Shown: positions 25,916-39,184 of the stretch, in pieces
How positions within the stretch are numbered: position 1 is the stretch's first letter
Layout: the number at the start of each line of letters is the position of its first letter
DNA from: Octopus vulgaris
Lineage: Eukaryota
NCBI GenBank assembly: GCA_951406725.2
Contig: OX597827.1
Span: 39,122,001 to 39,186,000, forward strand
Direction: 5' to 3'
DNA length: 64,000 bases
Notes under the pieces: model-generated
Database searches by the model: none
The model's input: the letters and a program-made list of their open reading frames with translations, nothing else
Told to the model about the DNA's origin: nothing
Translations under genes and position numbers: made by a program

Positions 25916-27506
25916 TCTGTTTCCAAGCAAGGTAATATTTTTCCATGGCTGGACATGTTTTCATGGAAGATTGGAAATGAGGGGCCATGCTTGCACAACA
26001 ATGATTTTTATAAAGACAAGAAGACCTAAACCTTCATACACAAACATGTGCATACAACAAGCTTCTTTCAGTTTCCTTCTACCAAATCTATTGACAAACC
26101 TTTGGTTGGCCTTGGACTATAGTAGAAGACCAAGGTGATTTGTAGTGGGACTGAACCTGAAATTAAGTGGTTGGGAAGCAAACTTCTTAATCATGCAGCT
26201 ATAAAGTGTCCTGATTTTCTTATGAAACAAATTCTTTTATAGAGACACATCTATGGTTAAAATATACACCCAATTTTAGAGAATAACTATCACCTCCACT
26301 GTGCAAATAAACTGAAATGAAAAGAAAACATTTAAAATAGGCCATGTCATTGTTTCTAAAGTACCTGTAGTGCTGACCTCATCCTCATTCAAGCTTGGAC
26401 TAAGATCAAACACTTAGACATTTTTTTTATAAGAGTCTGTATCAGTGATCTGAAGTTGACCCTGAGAAGATTATAACACAGAATAAATACAAACACACAC
26501 AAACAAACATCATGTGTGTTTTTGTGTTCATATACATAAGGTCAACAATGTACTGGCTTAATAGCCGAGTTTCTCTAACTACCAGTCTATTTGTATTGTA
26601 TTTCTTTTTTACACAACATATAATCAAATCTAGAACAGTAGAATTTTATCAGCTTTTTGGGTTCTTTAAAAATAAAAGAAAATGAAGGTAGAACTTCTCT
26701 TACTAACAAACAAGAAATAGAATAAGAAGCAAAAAAACAAAGCATGATAGGTTAATAATAGAGTGTGTCAGTGAAATGAGAGTTGGGCAAAGCGATGATG
26801 ACAGGTTAATGCCATAACAAAAGCCAGTGTCAATATTCAATGCAGGGAGCATTTAAAAGCTTACTTAACATACAAGGACTAGGGGCTTCCCTCCCAACCA
26901 CTACTGTTTGCTGATGTAAAGATTAGAAAGAACCAGGCTATATTCCTATGTTATGTGTAAGAGACAAGACTTGAAGATGCGTGGCTTAGTGGTTAGGGTA
27001 TTTGGCTCACGATTGTAAGGGCATGAGTTCGATTCCTGGTGGTGTGTTGTGTCCTTGAGCATGACACTTTATTTTCATGTTGCCCCAGTCCACTCAGCTG
27101 GCAAAAACAAGTTGTATCTGAAATTCAAAGGACCAGCCATGTCACACTGTGTCAGGCTGAAATCACCCTGAGATTTACATTAAGGGTGCACATGACTGTG
27201 GGATGCTCAGTCATTTACACATTAATTTCATGAGCAGGTAGTTCTGGTGATCAGATCACTAGAAACCTTTGTCATAACCGACAGTATGCCAGTGTGTGTG
27301 TGAGAGAGAGAGAGAGAGATGGAGAGGGGAGAAGTAATGAGATATTCGTAAATCACTGCACAACGTTGTACATTTTGTCAATTATATCATGGCTATGAAG
27401 TCCACTCCACAACATGGTCTTTAAGTTTGATCTCATTGCAATGACCAATATCTTATGAATGGAATAGATAGACACACAGTGTGAGGAAGCCTGTTCCTAT
27501 ATATAA

Positions 27507-27508
<2 letters not shown>

Positions 27509-27563
<55 letters not shown>
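27509..27563. repeat. (TA)n microsatellite
   Basis: Pure TA run. Confidence 0.95.
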
Positions 27564-27566
<3 letters not shown>

Positions 27567-28779
27567 GCACATGACTTAGTGGTTAGAGTGTTGAACTTAC
27601 GATCATGAGGTTGTGAGTTTGATTCTCGGACTGTTGCTCTGAGTTGTGTTCTTGAGCAAGAGACTTTATTTCATGTTGCTCCAGTTTGCTCATCTGTAGA
27701 AATAAGTTGTGTTGTCACTAATGCCAAGCTGTATCAGCCTTTGCCTTTCCATTGGTGCAATCCCATGGTCATTCATGACCAAAGGGAGTCAAAAGATATA
27801 TACATATATTATTCTTATACAAGAATGTCGTTGACACTGACTTTGAAGTTTCAGCCAGCTAAGCCATTGCCAGACTGCAGTGCATTAGAGTTGGTTTTTG
27901 CCTTTGTTTCCAATATTCTGTGAAAACAGGTCTGGTAATGGGGAGAAAATATTACCTTACTTGGAAACAGGTGAGGGTTGGTAACAGGAAAGGCATCTGG
28001 CTATAGAAAATCCACCTAAACAAATTCCATCTGAACTGTGTGAGCATGGAAAAGTGAATGTTAAAATGAGGACGAAGATGATGAGGAAATAAACTTGCAA
28101 AGTTGTGTGTGAGAGAGAAAAAAATGTTCCCTATATGTGTTTGTCTTTAGTAAAGGGTATAAACATACATAAGATTAGATGCCCACTCTTCCACAAAAAA
28201 GTGTTTTGTAAATGAAATCTTGATAAATTTGTTCTACATTGAGTTAGATACTCCCGTCACTCACACCATCAGCATTATCTTTGGGAACACTATCTGGTGC
28301 TTCAAACTTTTTAATGTATTATGCCAAGGCATGTCCTCCAAATGCTAGATTAAGTATTTAAATGCATTGAACCGTGGGTGTTCCAGATTAGAAATGCAAA
28401 CTGTGTGGATGTATAAAGCATTGGAAACCCTGTAACCAATTATGCTCAAGTATCACAGAATAATATAACTACATTTTATATTGATGACTACTTTATTTGC
28501 TAGAATAATGGTTTCTTTTTTGTAGTAATAGTAGTAACAATAATAATCCTTTTTATAGGTGTAAGGCTTGAAACTGGGGGATGGGGTCAATCAATTACAT
28601 AGCCCCCCCCCCAATGCTCAGCTGGTACTTATTTTACTGATACTGAAAGGAAGAAAGGTAAAGATAACCTGGGTGGAATTTGAACTCAGAATGTAAAGAG
28701 CTAGAAGAAATACCATAAAGTAATAATAATAATACTAATCCTTTCTACTATAGATAGTGATAGCGATGTAATCTTTTTG

Positions 28780-28995
28780 ATACAGTAAGACCTCTAGGGC
28801 CAGTTAAGGAACCCCAACATCCAAGATCTCCCTGAATACCAAGGGTAAGTATTCTTTTCAATTCTTATTCTCCAATTCACAGGTCTGTATTTACAGCAGT
28901 GCCATCCACTTTTGCTATTTTCACCACTTTCACCCACCTTTCAATAAATTCACTCAAGGACAACACCTCCTTCTCCATCCTTACTTTCCTTTTTT
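28780..28995 (-). mobile_element. Probable L1/Tx1-like LINE 3' end relic
   Basis: Minus strand reads KRKVRMEKEVLSLSEFIERWVKV, resembling the R.R.E...F..RW C-terminus of Tx1-type ORF2. Confidence 0.45.
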
Positions 28996-29884
28996 TAATT
29001 TACACAAAGGAAATGTCAATATAACTGAAAGCTGACAAAAAGAAGACAAAACAGACATGGAAATATAAAACAAATAATGATATATTATACTTATATCACT
29101 AAATTCTAAAATTCTCTAAATCTCAAACTTCATTTTCTTTCTTTAAATATGAACATCAAAACAATTTGATATATGTTTTATTTTTGGTCTGATAAGACGC
29201 CTACTCACCATAGGACACTGATATTTATATTACTGGCCAAAGTTCAGTACATTGCACATTATTTCAATAAAAGTTTCTCAGCTTTTTGATTTTGGTGAAT
29301 GAATGGAGATAGTGGAATGATTTTAAAGATAATGATTATAAGTTTAGTTACAATAAGATCTTGTTAAAAAAAAAATCAATACAAAAAACCAAAAAGAACA
29401 TATATTGAAATTATAGGTAGAAATTTGGTTTTGATAAGGTTTTTGTATGAGCTTTTATCTACAACAGTATGAACTCAACCATAAAAGGAGGTATTTCACA
29501 GGGTCAAGATACTAATTTTGCCCTGATCAGTTGCTAAACTGTTACAAAACACGCGTGACCCACCTTTAAAATTCGTGTTCCACTATCTACACATACAAAC
29601 ATTCAAGATTGTAATACTTAAATTAGTCTTCTGGCTATATTGACAAATATTCACCCTTTAATCTATTGTGAACACTGGTATACAAATATACTGTTCCGTT
29701 CTGTCTCTTCTGAACAAACAGACCGTTTCCATATAGCCAACCATGTCCATTGATGAACATTCAACTCATCTCTTTCACCACTCACCATTCCTACTGTGTT
29801 GCTTTTACCAAATCCTGCACTAAACACTACCCTATACTTTTCACCTAGAATCATACACAACCATGGGACACTTGAAACTCTCGA

Positions 29885-30160
29885 CAATGAGCATTAGGGC
29901 TAATCTTTATAATTGGCTGAAGTCCTTCATTCTTAGTCATAGAGAGATACTCATGGCAATAGGATAACATTCTCTACTCTAAATGACATCTGGAGTCTCA
30001 CAGGGAACTATTCTTGGTCTACTTTTGTTTGTTGCATATATTAATAAAATGGAGGCTGATTTGCAGTATATCACTGTGCTAAAATATACCGATACTAAGC
30101 TGTACTTTGAGATAAAAAGAACAGATCTTATATACTATAGATCTTTTCTGCAATAGATCG
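29885..30160 (+). mobile_element. Second, more decayed copy of the same CR1-like RT, opposite orientation
   Basis: aatctttataattggctgaagtccttcatt, atgacatctggagtctcacaggga, aagctgtactttgagataaaaaga align with the reverse complement of about 840-1100. Confidence 0.85.
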
Positions 30161-30234
30161 CTGACTAGCAACTCAGGCTTGGGAGGAAAATCCCAGAATT
30201 TATCGACTCCCTTCATGATATAAACCTTAAGTCT

Positions 30235-30467
30235 ACTCTCTTTTACTCTTTTTACTCTTTTATTTGTTTCAGTCATTTGACTGTGGCCATGCTGGAGCAC
30301 CACCTTTAGTTGAGCAAATCGACCCCAGGACTTATTTATTGTAAGCCTAGTATTTACTCTATCAATCTCTTTTGCTGAACCGCTAAGTTACAGGGATGTA
30401 AACACACTAGCATCGGTTGTCAAGCGATGTCGGGGAGACAAACACAGACATACACACACAGACACAC

Positions 30468-30498
<31 letters not shown>

Positions 30499-30901
30499 CA
30501 TACATACATACACATACATATTTATAAAAATACAAAATAAGACAAGAACGCAAAACATTCGGACAACTAGGTGATACAAAAAGGGACAACTAAACATCCA
30601 GATAGATGACACAAAAAAAAAAAAAAACAAGGACAGGTCATTCAAAGCTTTCTATCCTCAGTCAAGAACCGGATCATCCTCGCAATTTCGGCTGATTAAT
30701 CTCGAGCATGTATACATGTATATATATATATATACATATATACGACGAGCTTCTTCCAGTTTCCGTCTACCAAATCCACTCACAAGGCTTTGGTTGGCCC
30801 GAGGCTATAGTAGAAGACACTTGCCTAAGGTGCCACGCAGTGGGACTGAACCCGAGACCATGTGGTTGGTAAGCAAGCTACTTACCACACAGCCACTCCT
30901 G
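30235..30901 (-). mobile_element. Family B SINE with a ~190-bp foreign insert (about 30520-30710) in its microsatellite
   Basis: Both SINE halves intact; the insert is absent from the other copies. Confidence 0.85.
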
Positions 30902-31274
30902 GCATTGTACACTAAAAAAAGGTATAAAAAAACAGCATGGCAGCCATGATTTTCAGAAACATTTTTATGATGCTCAGAATTGCTGAAATATGGTGTAAGC
31001 TACTTGCATTGATTGTTTGCTGTTAGGACATTGAACCCTTTATAAATTCCATGTTTCCCGAAATTCACCAACATGACTCCTGATGCGCCTATGCACCCTT
31101 TTCTCTTTATGGCTTTCTAATTCTTCACCTTTCTGACATTTTGTGTTTTATCTTGCATACTGTGCATGTACTTTTGGCTATCATTGTCGTCCTTCTTTAC
31201 TTATTGCTGCTTTCTGACCATCTTTTACTCTTTTAACAAACAGTTGTTGTGAACCTGAGTACTGTATTTAATAA

Positions 31275-31620
31275 TCATCATCATCATTTAACATCTGCTT
31301 TCCATGCTGGCATGGGTTGGACGGTTTGACTGAGGACTGGCAAGCCCGAAGGCTGCACCAGGCTCCAATCTGATCTGGCAAAGTTTCTACAGCTGGATGC
31401 CCTTCCTAACACCAATCACTCTGAGTGGGTGCTTTTACATGCCACTGGCATGAGGGCCAGTCTGGTGGCACTGGCAACGACCACACTCGAATGTTAATTT
31501 TTACATGCCACCGGCATATGTGCCAGCAAGGCGATGCTGGCAACAATCACGCTTGAATGGTGCTTTTTACGTGCCACTGGTACAGGAGCCAGTCAGCAGC
31601 CCTGGCAACAGTAATGCTTG
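31275..31620 (-). mobile_element. Family D retroposon
   Basis: (cat)n tail, gcatgggttggacggtttgac, internal ttttac(a/g)tgccac repeats. Confidence 0.8.
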
Positions 31621-33027
31621 GATATTGCTTTTAATGTCTGATAAGCTCATAATTATTATTTCATCCATCCATCAGGTACCAACCAGCAAAACTTTCAGTT
31701 AAACAACACCCACATTGAACTCACTAATTTAGGTGCCCCCTCTCCATAAATGTCATTAATGCTGCCACTCCTCCTGCAACTAATTAAGAAATGCACATAA
31801 CTTAGTTTAGTGGGTTGGCATAAAGAGAAGAGTGTTGAATTACAAGAATTACAGTATTTTTAATCTCATACCTCTAGATTCCAAGTTCAATTAGCACTCA
31901 AGTTAACTTTCATTAAGCATTATCATTTCAAGAGGGTTGATAAAATAAGTGCTAGTTGGTTGGTTGGGATTGTTTTAATACTAGTTCAACCCTGACAGAA
32001 CAGAGCTATGATCAAAGGTTTTCCAGCCAAGACCATCCTGCTATAGTGTATTTAATACTATATTAGCCACTGTAGCCTTTGTTTTTTTCAAGGCAGTAAT
32101 TTGAAGGAGATATATAGCAGAAAGGTTACCATTAGCTTGAACAGATACTAGTTATATATAACAGGGTTGGTTAAACTGAATATGCTATTCCCATCACATT
32201 CTGACTTTTAGAAGTGGTAGGTTGGCAGAATTTGCAAAGAGCTGAAATATATACTTTGCAATATTTAGTTACACCTTCTTTTCAGAGCACAAATTCTGTC
32301 AGTGTTGCTTTTGCCTTTCACTCCACTGGAATCAATAAAATAACACCAGTCAATTACTTGGATGTGACCAACTGCCAAAATTCATGACCTTGAAACCAAA
32401 CCATATTAAAAATCCTCATTATAATAGAAGTAGTGAGTGACAGAATTATTTTATCTCTTTATAACCAGAACAACTTTGCCTTTCATCCCATGGCATTGTA
32501 CCTAAATTTAAAACCATTATCATGGCAGTGGAAAAGTAGAATTGTTAAAGTATTGGATAAAATGCTTGGCAGTATTTGTTCTGGGTCTCCAGAGTCTAGA
32601 TCCTGTCATGGATAACTTTGCCTTTCATCGCTGTAGGGTCAATAAAATTAAGTGCTAATAGTTGTCAATGTAATTGACTATTTCCTCTCCTCAGAATTGT
32701 TGGCCTTATGCCTAAGTCAGAAACTATTATCATTCTTCTTATCATTAAGTCAGCGAGCAAGCAGAATCTATAGTGTATTGGACAAAATACTTGGCATTTT
32801 TTCTGACTCTCTATGCTCTGAGTTCAAATTCTGCTGAGGTTGACTTTGCCTTTCATCTTTTTGGGGTTGATAAGATAAAGTATCAGTAATAGAGTGGATA
32901 TAATCAACCATCACCATTCCCTGAAATTGTTGGGATTGTGCCAAAATATGAAAGAATCATTAATATTATTATCAATAAGTTGATAAACTCAGTATTAGTT
33001 ACATAACAGAGAAGATTCACCAAGCTA

Positions 33028-33378
33028 GGCATAGGAGTGGCTGTATGGTAAGTAGCTTGCTTACGAACCACATGGTTCCGGGTTTAGTCCCATTGTGTGG
33101 CACCTTGGGCAAGTGTCTTCTACTATTGCCTTGGGCCAACCAAAGCCTTGTGAGTAGATTTGGTAGATGGAAACTAAAAGAAGCCTGTTGTATATATGTA
33201 TATATACATGTATGTGTGTATATGTTTGTGTATTGGTGTTTGTCCCCCCAACATCGCTTGACAACTGATAGAATAAGTACTAGGCTTATAAAGAATAAGT
33301 CCTGGTCTCGATTTGCTTGATTAAAGGCAGTGCTCCAGCATGGCCACAGTCAAATGACTGAAACAAGTAAAAGAGTAA
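33028..33378 (+). mobile_element. Family B SINE
   Basis: ggagtggctgtatggtaag head to gaaacaagtaaaagag tail. Confidence 0.88.
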
Positions 33379-33932
33379 ATGTCCCATGAAAAATATGCTT
33401 TGTGCTTGAAGACTGTGCATGATAGTGAGAAAGGCAATAGAACAAAATCTCAGGTCCACTTGAGTAATGTTTACTTTACATGCTGACAACCTTCTATCAG
33501 ATTGCAAAAACAATTTAGCACTTATTTTTGTACCATAAAAAAAAACAACTTATGTCTGTATCCATGTATCTCTCTCTTACTTGTTATATATATATATATA
33601 TATTTGGTGTTCAGATAAATGAATTTACCACTGCAAATATGTGATTGAAATAAATATAAATTAGTTTTCCACAATATTCTGTTTACACAAAACTGTAGAC
33701 AGTAAGTCAAGTGTCAATATAACTGTCTGTAAAACAGTGTGTGTGTGTAAGGATTTGGGGGGGGGGGGGGGCTGGGATGGTTTGTAGAAGATAAAATAAG
33801 TGAAGTGGTTATAGCATAACATTACAGATACTCCTAGATAGCTGTTTAATTCCACATTGGTTCTAATAGAGCAGAGCTTATGATCAAAAGCATTCCAACC
33901 ATAACCATCCCATCTGCCCCCTCCCCCACTCC

Positions 33933-34492
33933 ACGATGTGATCAGCCTGGTGCGCTTTTGATCAGGTGCCAGAAGACGTGGCACCTACCAAGCAGAAACC
34001 TTTGTCATGCCAAGCTCATTGGGCAGAATATTCTCAACTCTCTCGATTTATAGTCAGTTGCCTGTCATCCAACACCATGTGGTGAACATAATGTTTTCCC
34101 TGGTGGTGGCAGTTGTAGGACACTCAGACCTCGGGTCATCTTCAACACTCTCCATCCCCCTCCGAAATTCAGCTGCCCACTTTCGCACTATTGATAAAGC
34201 TGGAGTGTCTTCTCCTAATGTAGTAACCATGTCAGCATGATTGTCCTTGTGGAGACTAAACCCTTTTTATTCAGGTACTCGATAACACCACAATACCAAA
34301 TTTTGCCCATTTTCAAGAGAAGTTACTACTAGTTACTTCGGAAGTCTTCTTTGAACAGTCAGATGTCAGTTTACCTGGAAAGAAACAATGCAATTACTAA
34401 TGAGAAGAGCTTAAATTAATGCATGCAAGATTTCTCGGCTCTAGCATCACTCCTTCATAGTCAACCCATGAACTTTTCAGTCCACCTTTGTA
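33933..34492 (-). mobile_element. Mariner (Tc1/mariner) transposon 5' fragment with decayed transposase
   Basis: Terminus TACAAAGGTGGACTGAAAAGTT; ATG at 34310; frameshifted peptide including VRKWAAEFRRGMESVEDDPRS and LGMTKVSAW*VPRLLAPDQK (WVPxxL motif). Confidence 0.9.
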
Positions 34493-34621
34493 TGCTAGCA
34501 TTGAAAGCAGGTGTTAATGGTGATGCACATGTCTTTGACACACAATGACACAAAACTACAGAGAGGTACAAAGCTCTAAAGATACAGTGAACTATGAAGA
34601 AATAGATTTACTTCAACTTAC

Positions 34622-34761
34622 TTCAACTCCACATTTTGTGAAGTACATAATGTCAGTGAGATGGAACTCATGTTTCAGACTCTCTGATATTGTCTCCACA
34701 TCTGGGATCTTTATACCTGCCGTTGCTGAGAGAGCAATGTCTCTTTCAATCAGATGAGATG
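34622..34761 (-). CDS. GPAT3/GPAT4: GPAT3/4 coding exon 3
   Basis: Acceptor tttag|, (A)SHLIERDIALSATAGIKIPDVETISESLKHEFHLTDIMYFTKCGVE matches the family FELSDIFYF..KG.E; donor GAA|GTAAGT; 140 nt. Confidence 0.92.
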
Positions 34762-35297
34762 CTAAATTATAAAGAGATAAAACAAAATAAAAAATGTCAC
34801 ATTAAAATACAAGTAGAATTTTTGCAGACCTAAATTTACACACACACATACACATGCATGCATGCATGCACATGCACACACAAAGAAAAAATAGGTAGGT
34901 TGACTTATACACCAAGATGACTATGGAGGGTCAAAAATTCCGTGTGAAATGTAGCCAGATTCAGAAAGATAGTGATGATGCTTGAATGTTTATACTACAT
35001 TGTATCCTGGAGAATGCAGTAAGTGAGAGTGTGCAAGTGAATTTATGTTTCATCATGATGGTTGTCAGTCTTGTAACCTATCGGATTATTAACTGGGCAC
35101 CACTGAAGATTGTCAAACAAGTATTTTATACTCCTTCTTTTCTTGCTGACATTTGAGAGTAAGTGGCAGTCATGCATGTATATTTCTTGACATTTTCCAT
35201 CCACCCATCTCCTCTTGTGTCAGTCTCTTTCCAGACTTAAGATGTACAATCAGAGTGGAAACACAGGGTTGTGGCAAGGTTTCTTGTGTAACATTTA

Positions 35298-35492
35298 TTA
35301 ACCCTTTTGATGCCAACCCTTCTGAAATCATCCTTGCTTCTATGATACAAATTTCCCATTTTAAAGTGATCTAAACTAGAACCTTGCAGCTTAATAATAA
35401 CAAAATTATTTTAATAAATTCCTTATTATTTTCAAAATTAATTAAAAGAAAGGTAGTGTATTTCAGCCTAAATATGATAGCAAAAGTGTTAA
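35298..35492. mobile_element. piggyBac-type MITE (diverged)
   Basis: TTAACCCTTTTG ... CAAAAGTGTTAA; related to 8576 and 43379. Confidence 0.7.
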
Positions 35493-36575
35493 ATGACATT
35501 AGACAATATAAACACCCAGTTCATGACAAAAAAGGCAACAAGTGTTCTTTATTTTTAAAAACCATGTTTTGAGGAAGATTTGGCAACTATTTCTATAAAT
35601 AGAGACTGTTGTTGAAACAAAAAGTCAATTGAAATAAACCTCCGTAACTGTAGTAATAATAATTACGGGATTAGTTGCATATTGGAGAAAACAATCAAAT
35701 AGCATTTTATTAAAACTAATAATTCATAGATAACCAAGTTATTGAGATAACCTTTCTCTTTAATATTAAGGATGGCAGTTATGATGATACTGTGACTGGA
35801 AGGTGAGGGCAACCCTACGCTTACAAAGTGATAGATAACAAGCTTTTATATAAAAGCCACTTGAAACATAAGTTCTATCCAGCTGATGAAGGTCATCATC
35901 TGGATGAAATTGTAGCTAGGAAAAAAAAAAAGAAAAATCAATGAGAACATCTGATAACATCAGATTTCTAAATATCAACATTTAAATACTAAAATACTTT
36001 AACACAAGACAGATTGTTAAAGTACATACTTATACTTACTCAGTAAAATAGAGTAATTTAGATTCATCCAGCCATGACCAAGGCCTCTATGTATCTTGGG
36101 GGCTACGTTATCCAATATAGGGAGGGTGCAATCTTAGGGATATTCTACTGTTACTTCTAGCAAGTCAGGTGGCTACATTGGCTCATAGCTTTGTTATGTT
36201 ATTGATGTGTGGTCTTGGGTTAAAATTCATCATTTACTTAATATTCTAGCTGAGACCGTCCTAACTTTATTAAGGAGTATATTATCACAAGTTGTAGGGT
36301 TGAAAATATGTGGTGTCTATTTAAAATAATATCAAGCAGGTTCGTTGAGTAATGTTAGCTTGTATTTTGTATTTGATCTAGAGGTGAGGGGCTATCGCTT
36401 GTAGATAGTCCCACAAAAGAAAAGTAAAGGAAAAAAAATCCAGCAGCATATTAAAAACTATCACTGTTTCTATGGGATTATTGGTTTGGTTGAAATTAGA
36501 CAGAAATATTGGATAGATACTTGAGGATTAAGAATTGGCAAGTAACTAGACCAACTCTATTTTAATGGTTTAGAT

Positions 36576-36815
36576 CAGTGGTTCTCAACCATTTTTCCTA
36601 TGGACCCTTTCAATTCCTATTTTACTCACTTGGACTCTCATAGCCATTCAATATCTGAGAAATATCTTTATAATAAAGTATTTTTAGGAATTGTATAAAA
36701 ATAAAAAAAATATTATGTGTATTGTAAAAGTATAATCAATTCATTGCACAAAATTTTGAACAAAATCTTATATGGACCCTCCAAGGGTCATATGAACTCC
36801 AGCTGAGAACCATTA
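36576..36815. mobile_element. hAT (Charlie-like) MITE, second copy
   Basis: CAGTGGTTCTCAAC ... gctgagaaccatta; TSD GTTTAGAT/GTTTAGAC; body matches 24393-24641. Confidence 0.85.
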
Positions 36816-37557
36816 GTTTAGACTAAAAGCTTATTTTTTTCTCCCCCACTACAAATCCTAAAACTTAATAAAACATGGAGGTCCTACCAAAAATATATGA
36901 TACACTACTAGTTCTATATAAGTGTTAGTTTATTTTGACAGACTTGAAAGAATAAATTATCTTTGACAGGATACAGTATTAGATTACATGTTCAAGAATT
37001 AAGAGTTTGAATATGCTGCAAGTATTTCATTGACGCAGGCATGGCTGTGAGATACTTTCAGCAAATATTTTGGGTCAACCCAAACCTTGAGTAAAATTCA
37101 ACAGATGGATATGGAAACCCATCCAATGGATTCTATCTCTTATTGGATGAATTTGTTGCCCAGTTTATCACCATCATCTGCAAACATTTCAATCAGAGTG
37201 GACTCAGAATTCCTCCTGTCTTTCTTTTTGTAAATCTCAAAACCCCACCTCTTCTGATTAAGCCAGGGGAGAACAGTTTTTTCACTTAGCTACCAGAAAT
37301 AGGTCGCACACTTTCTGGAAACAGATTAATGACACTGACTCCATCCTTCTCCACTTATCCAAAATTGAAAAATTGCTTGAATCAATTTATAATGCAAGTT
37401 CCTGGGATAGTTCTAAATACATTTTACAGATACTCACCAACAATGATTCTAGTTAGTGCATTCAACTAAGAAGTGAACTAAGAAGTGAACAGTATCACAT
37501 GAATGAATAGGGTGAAAAATAGCTCAAAACAAAAGGAAGGAAATAAAACCAACATAC

Positions 37558-37654
37558 CTTTGTCTTCACATAACCTGACAGTGTCCTCTAGGTCTGAGTC
37601 TTCTTCATCAGCTTGCTGTTTTTTTTCATGAAGTTCAATTTTAACTTTACCAAA
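37558..37654 (-). CDS. GPAT3/GPAT4: GPAT3/4 coding exon 2
   Basis: Acceptor atatag|, FGKVKIELHEKKQQADEEDSDLEDTVRLCEDK, donor AAG|GTATGT; 97 nt; phase 0 to 1 bridges exons 1 and 3 in frame. Confidence 0.82.
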
Positions 37655-38645
37655 CTATATTTTAAAAAAGAAAACAAAACATATTATATATATATATATG
37701 GAGGGAGAGAGAGAGAAGTGCATATTTATGTATAAAGATGGAATATATACAAGTGACATAAGAAAAGAAAACTGTCATAGAGAAAAATTTTTTAATTATA
37801 GACTTTAGGGAATGCATTTTCACCATACCCATGCTTTTTTCTCTCAGATTAATTGTAGAAATGTTTTACTTGTCCATTTTTAATTAAACTATTTAATCCA
37901 TCTATGAATCTCACCTAGTTCACAGGTAATCTTTCAGTTACTTCACAATAGCAGAACAATTTACTTCTATGTCTGGCATTAACTGTATGATTATGAGCAA
38001 GTTATGACTCAATGAATGATATTTTCAATATAAACAATGCTTAATATTATACTGATCCAGACACCTTATTTAATACTAACCACATAGTCACTGAGTGCTT
38101 TTAACCTTCAACAAAGTTGTGAATCATCACCTCTGCCACAGACCATCAGATAGATGCACCTGCCTTCCTTCACCTCTAAATTACTTAACTCTATTTTGTA
38201 CCAAACACTCTACTTAAATCCTCAGCCTCAGGCTTGTAGCTCCTTAAGCTAACCTCCTATCTATATTTTCCTTACAAAATTGGCATTCAGAAGTTCAAGT
38301 TGAGTACCAGATACATCAGTCTCTCTTGTCTAAATGCCCAAACATCTTGAATGAAGGACACATTGGATAATGTAGTTTTAAAGATACAAAGACAGGATAG
38401 CCAAGCAGGCCAGTTTTTACCCCTTTTCTCCTTTTTCTTGTTCTTTCCTACCTTGCATGTTACTTGGCAACCCCACTAGTAGTAGTAATAGTGGCAACCC
38501 CACTAGTAGTAGTAATAAAAAACAAACAAACATGCAATAGGTGCAGGCATGACACCTTGGACAAGTATCTTCTACTGTAGCCTCAGGTTGACCAAAGCCT
38601 TGTGAGTGGATTTGGTAGACAAAAACCGAAAGAAGCCCATCATAT

Positions 38646-38686
<41 letters not shown>

Positions 38687-39184
38687 TATATACATATATA
38701 TATGTGTGTGTGTGTTTGTCCTCATAACTTAGCAGTTTGGCAAAAGAGATTGATAGATAAGTACTAGCTTACAAAGAATAAGCCCTGGGGTTGATTTGTT
38801 TGACTAAAGGTAATGCTCTAGCATGGGCATAGTCAAATGACTGTAACAAGTAAAAGAATAAAAGAATGCAGTACACATTGTAAAGTATTAGAAAAGGCAT
38901 CCAGCTGTAGAAACCCTGGCAAAGCTAACATGGAGCAAGATACAGCCTTGTGGCTCACAGGATCCACTTAAACTGTCCAACCCATATGAGAATGGAAAAC
39001 ATGCTAAGTGATGATGGTGAGTTATGACTGGAATGCCTTTGACCTTTGATCTGCTTGACTAGAACTGCCCTGGTGGTTTAACCACCTCAGTTTAAGAGTG
39101 CCTAAAAAAGCTAAGAGCATGACCCTTCTAAATTTTAAAAATACTTTAAAATTACACCAATCATAAACTATCCCAAATGATATA

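Noticed and set aside
28258-28345. Open frame HLEDMPWHNTLKSLKHQIVFPKIMLM between an AG and a GT in intron 3
   Set aside because: Weak polypyrimidine tract, no GPAT similarity, and exons 3 and 4 already join into the conserved sequence
35875-35915. CTGATGA...GAAA hammerhead-like words
   Set aside because: No stem II between the motifs; the CTGATGA is itself sequestered in a small hairpin (atccagctgatga/tcatcatctggat)
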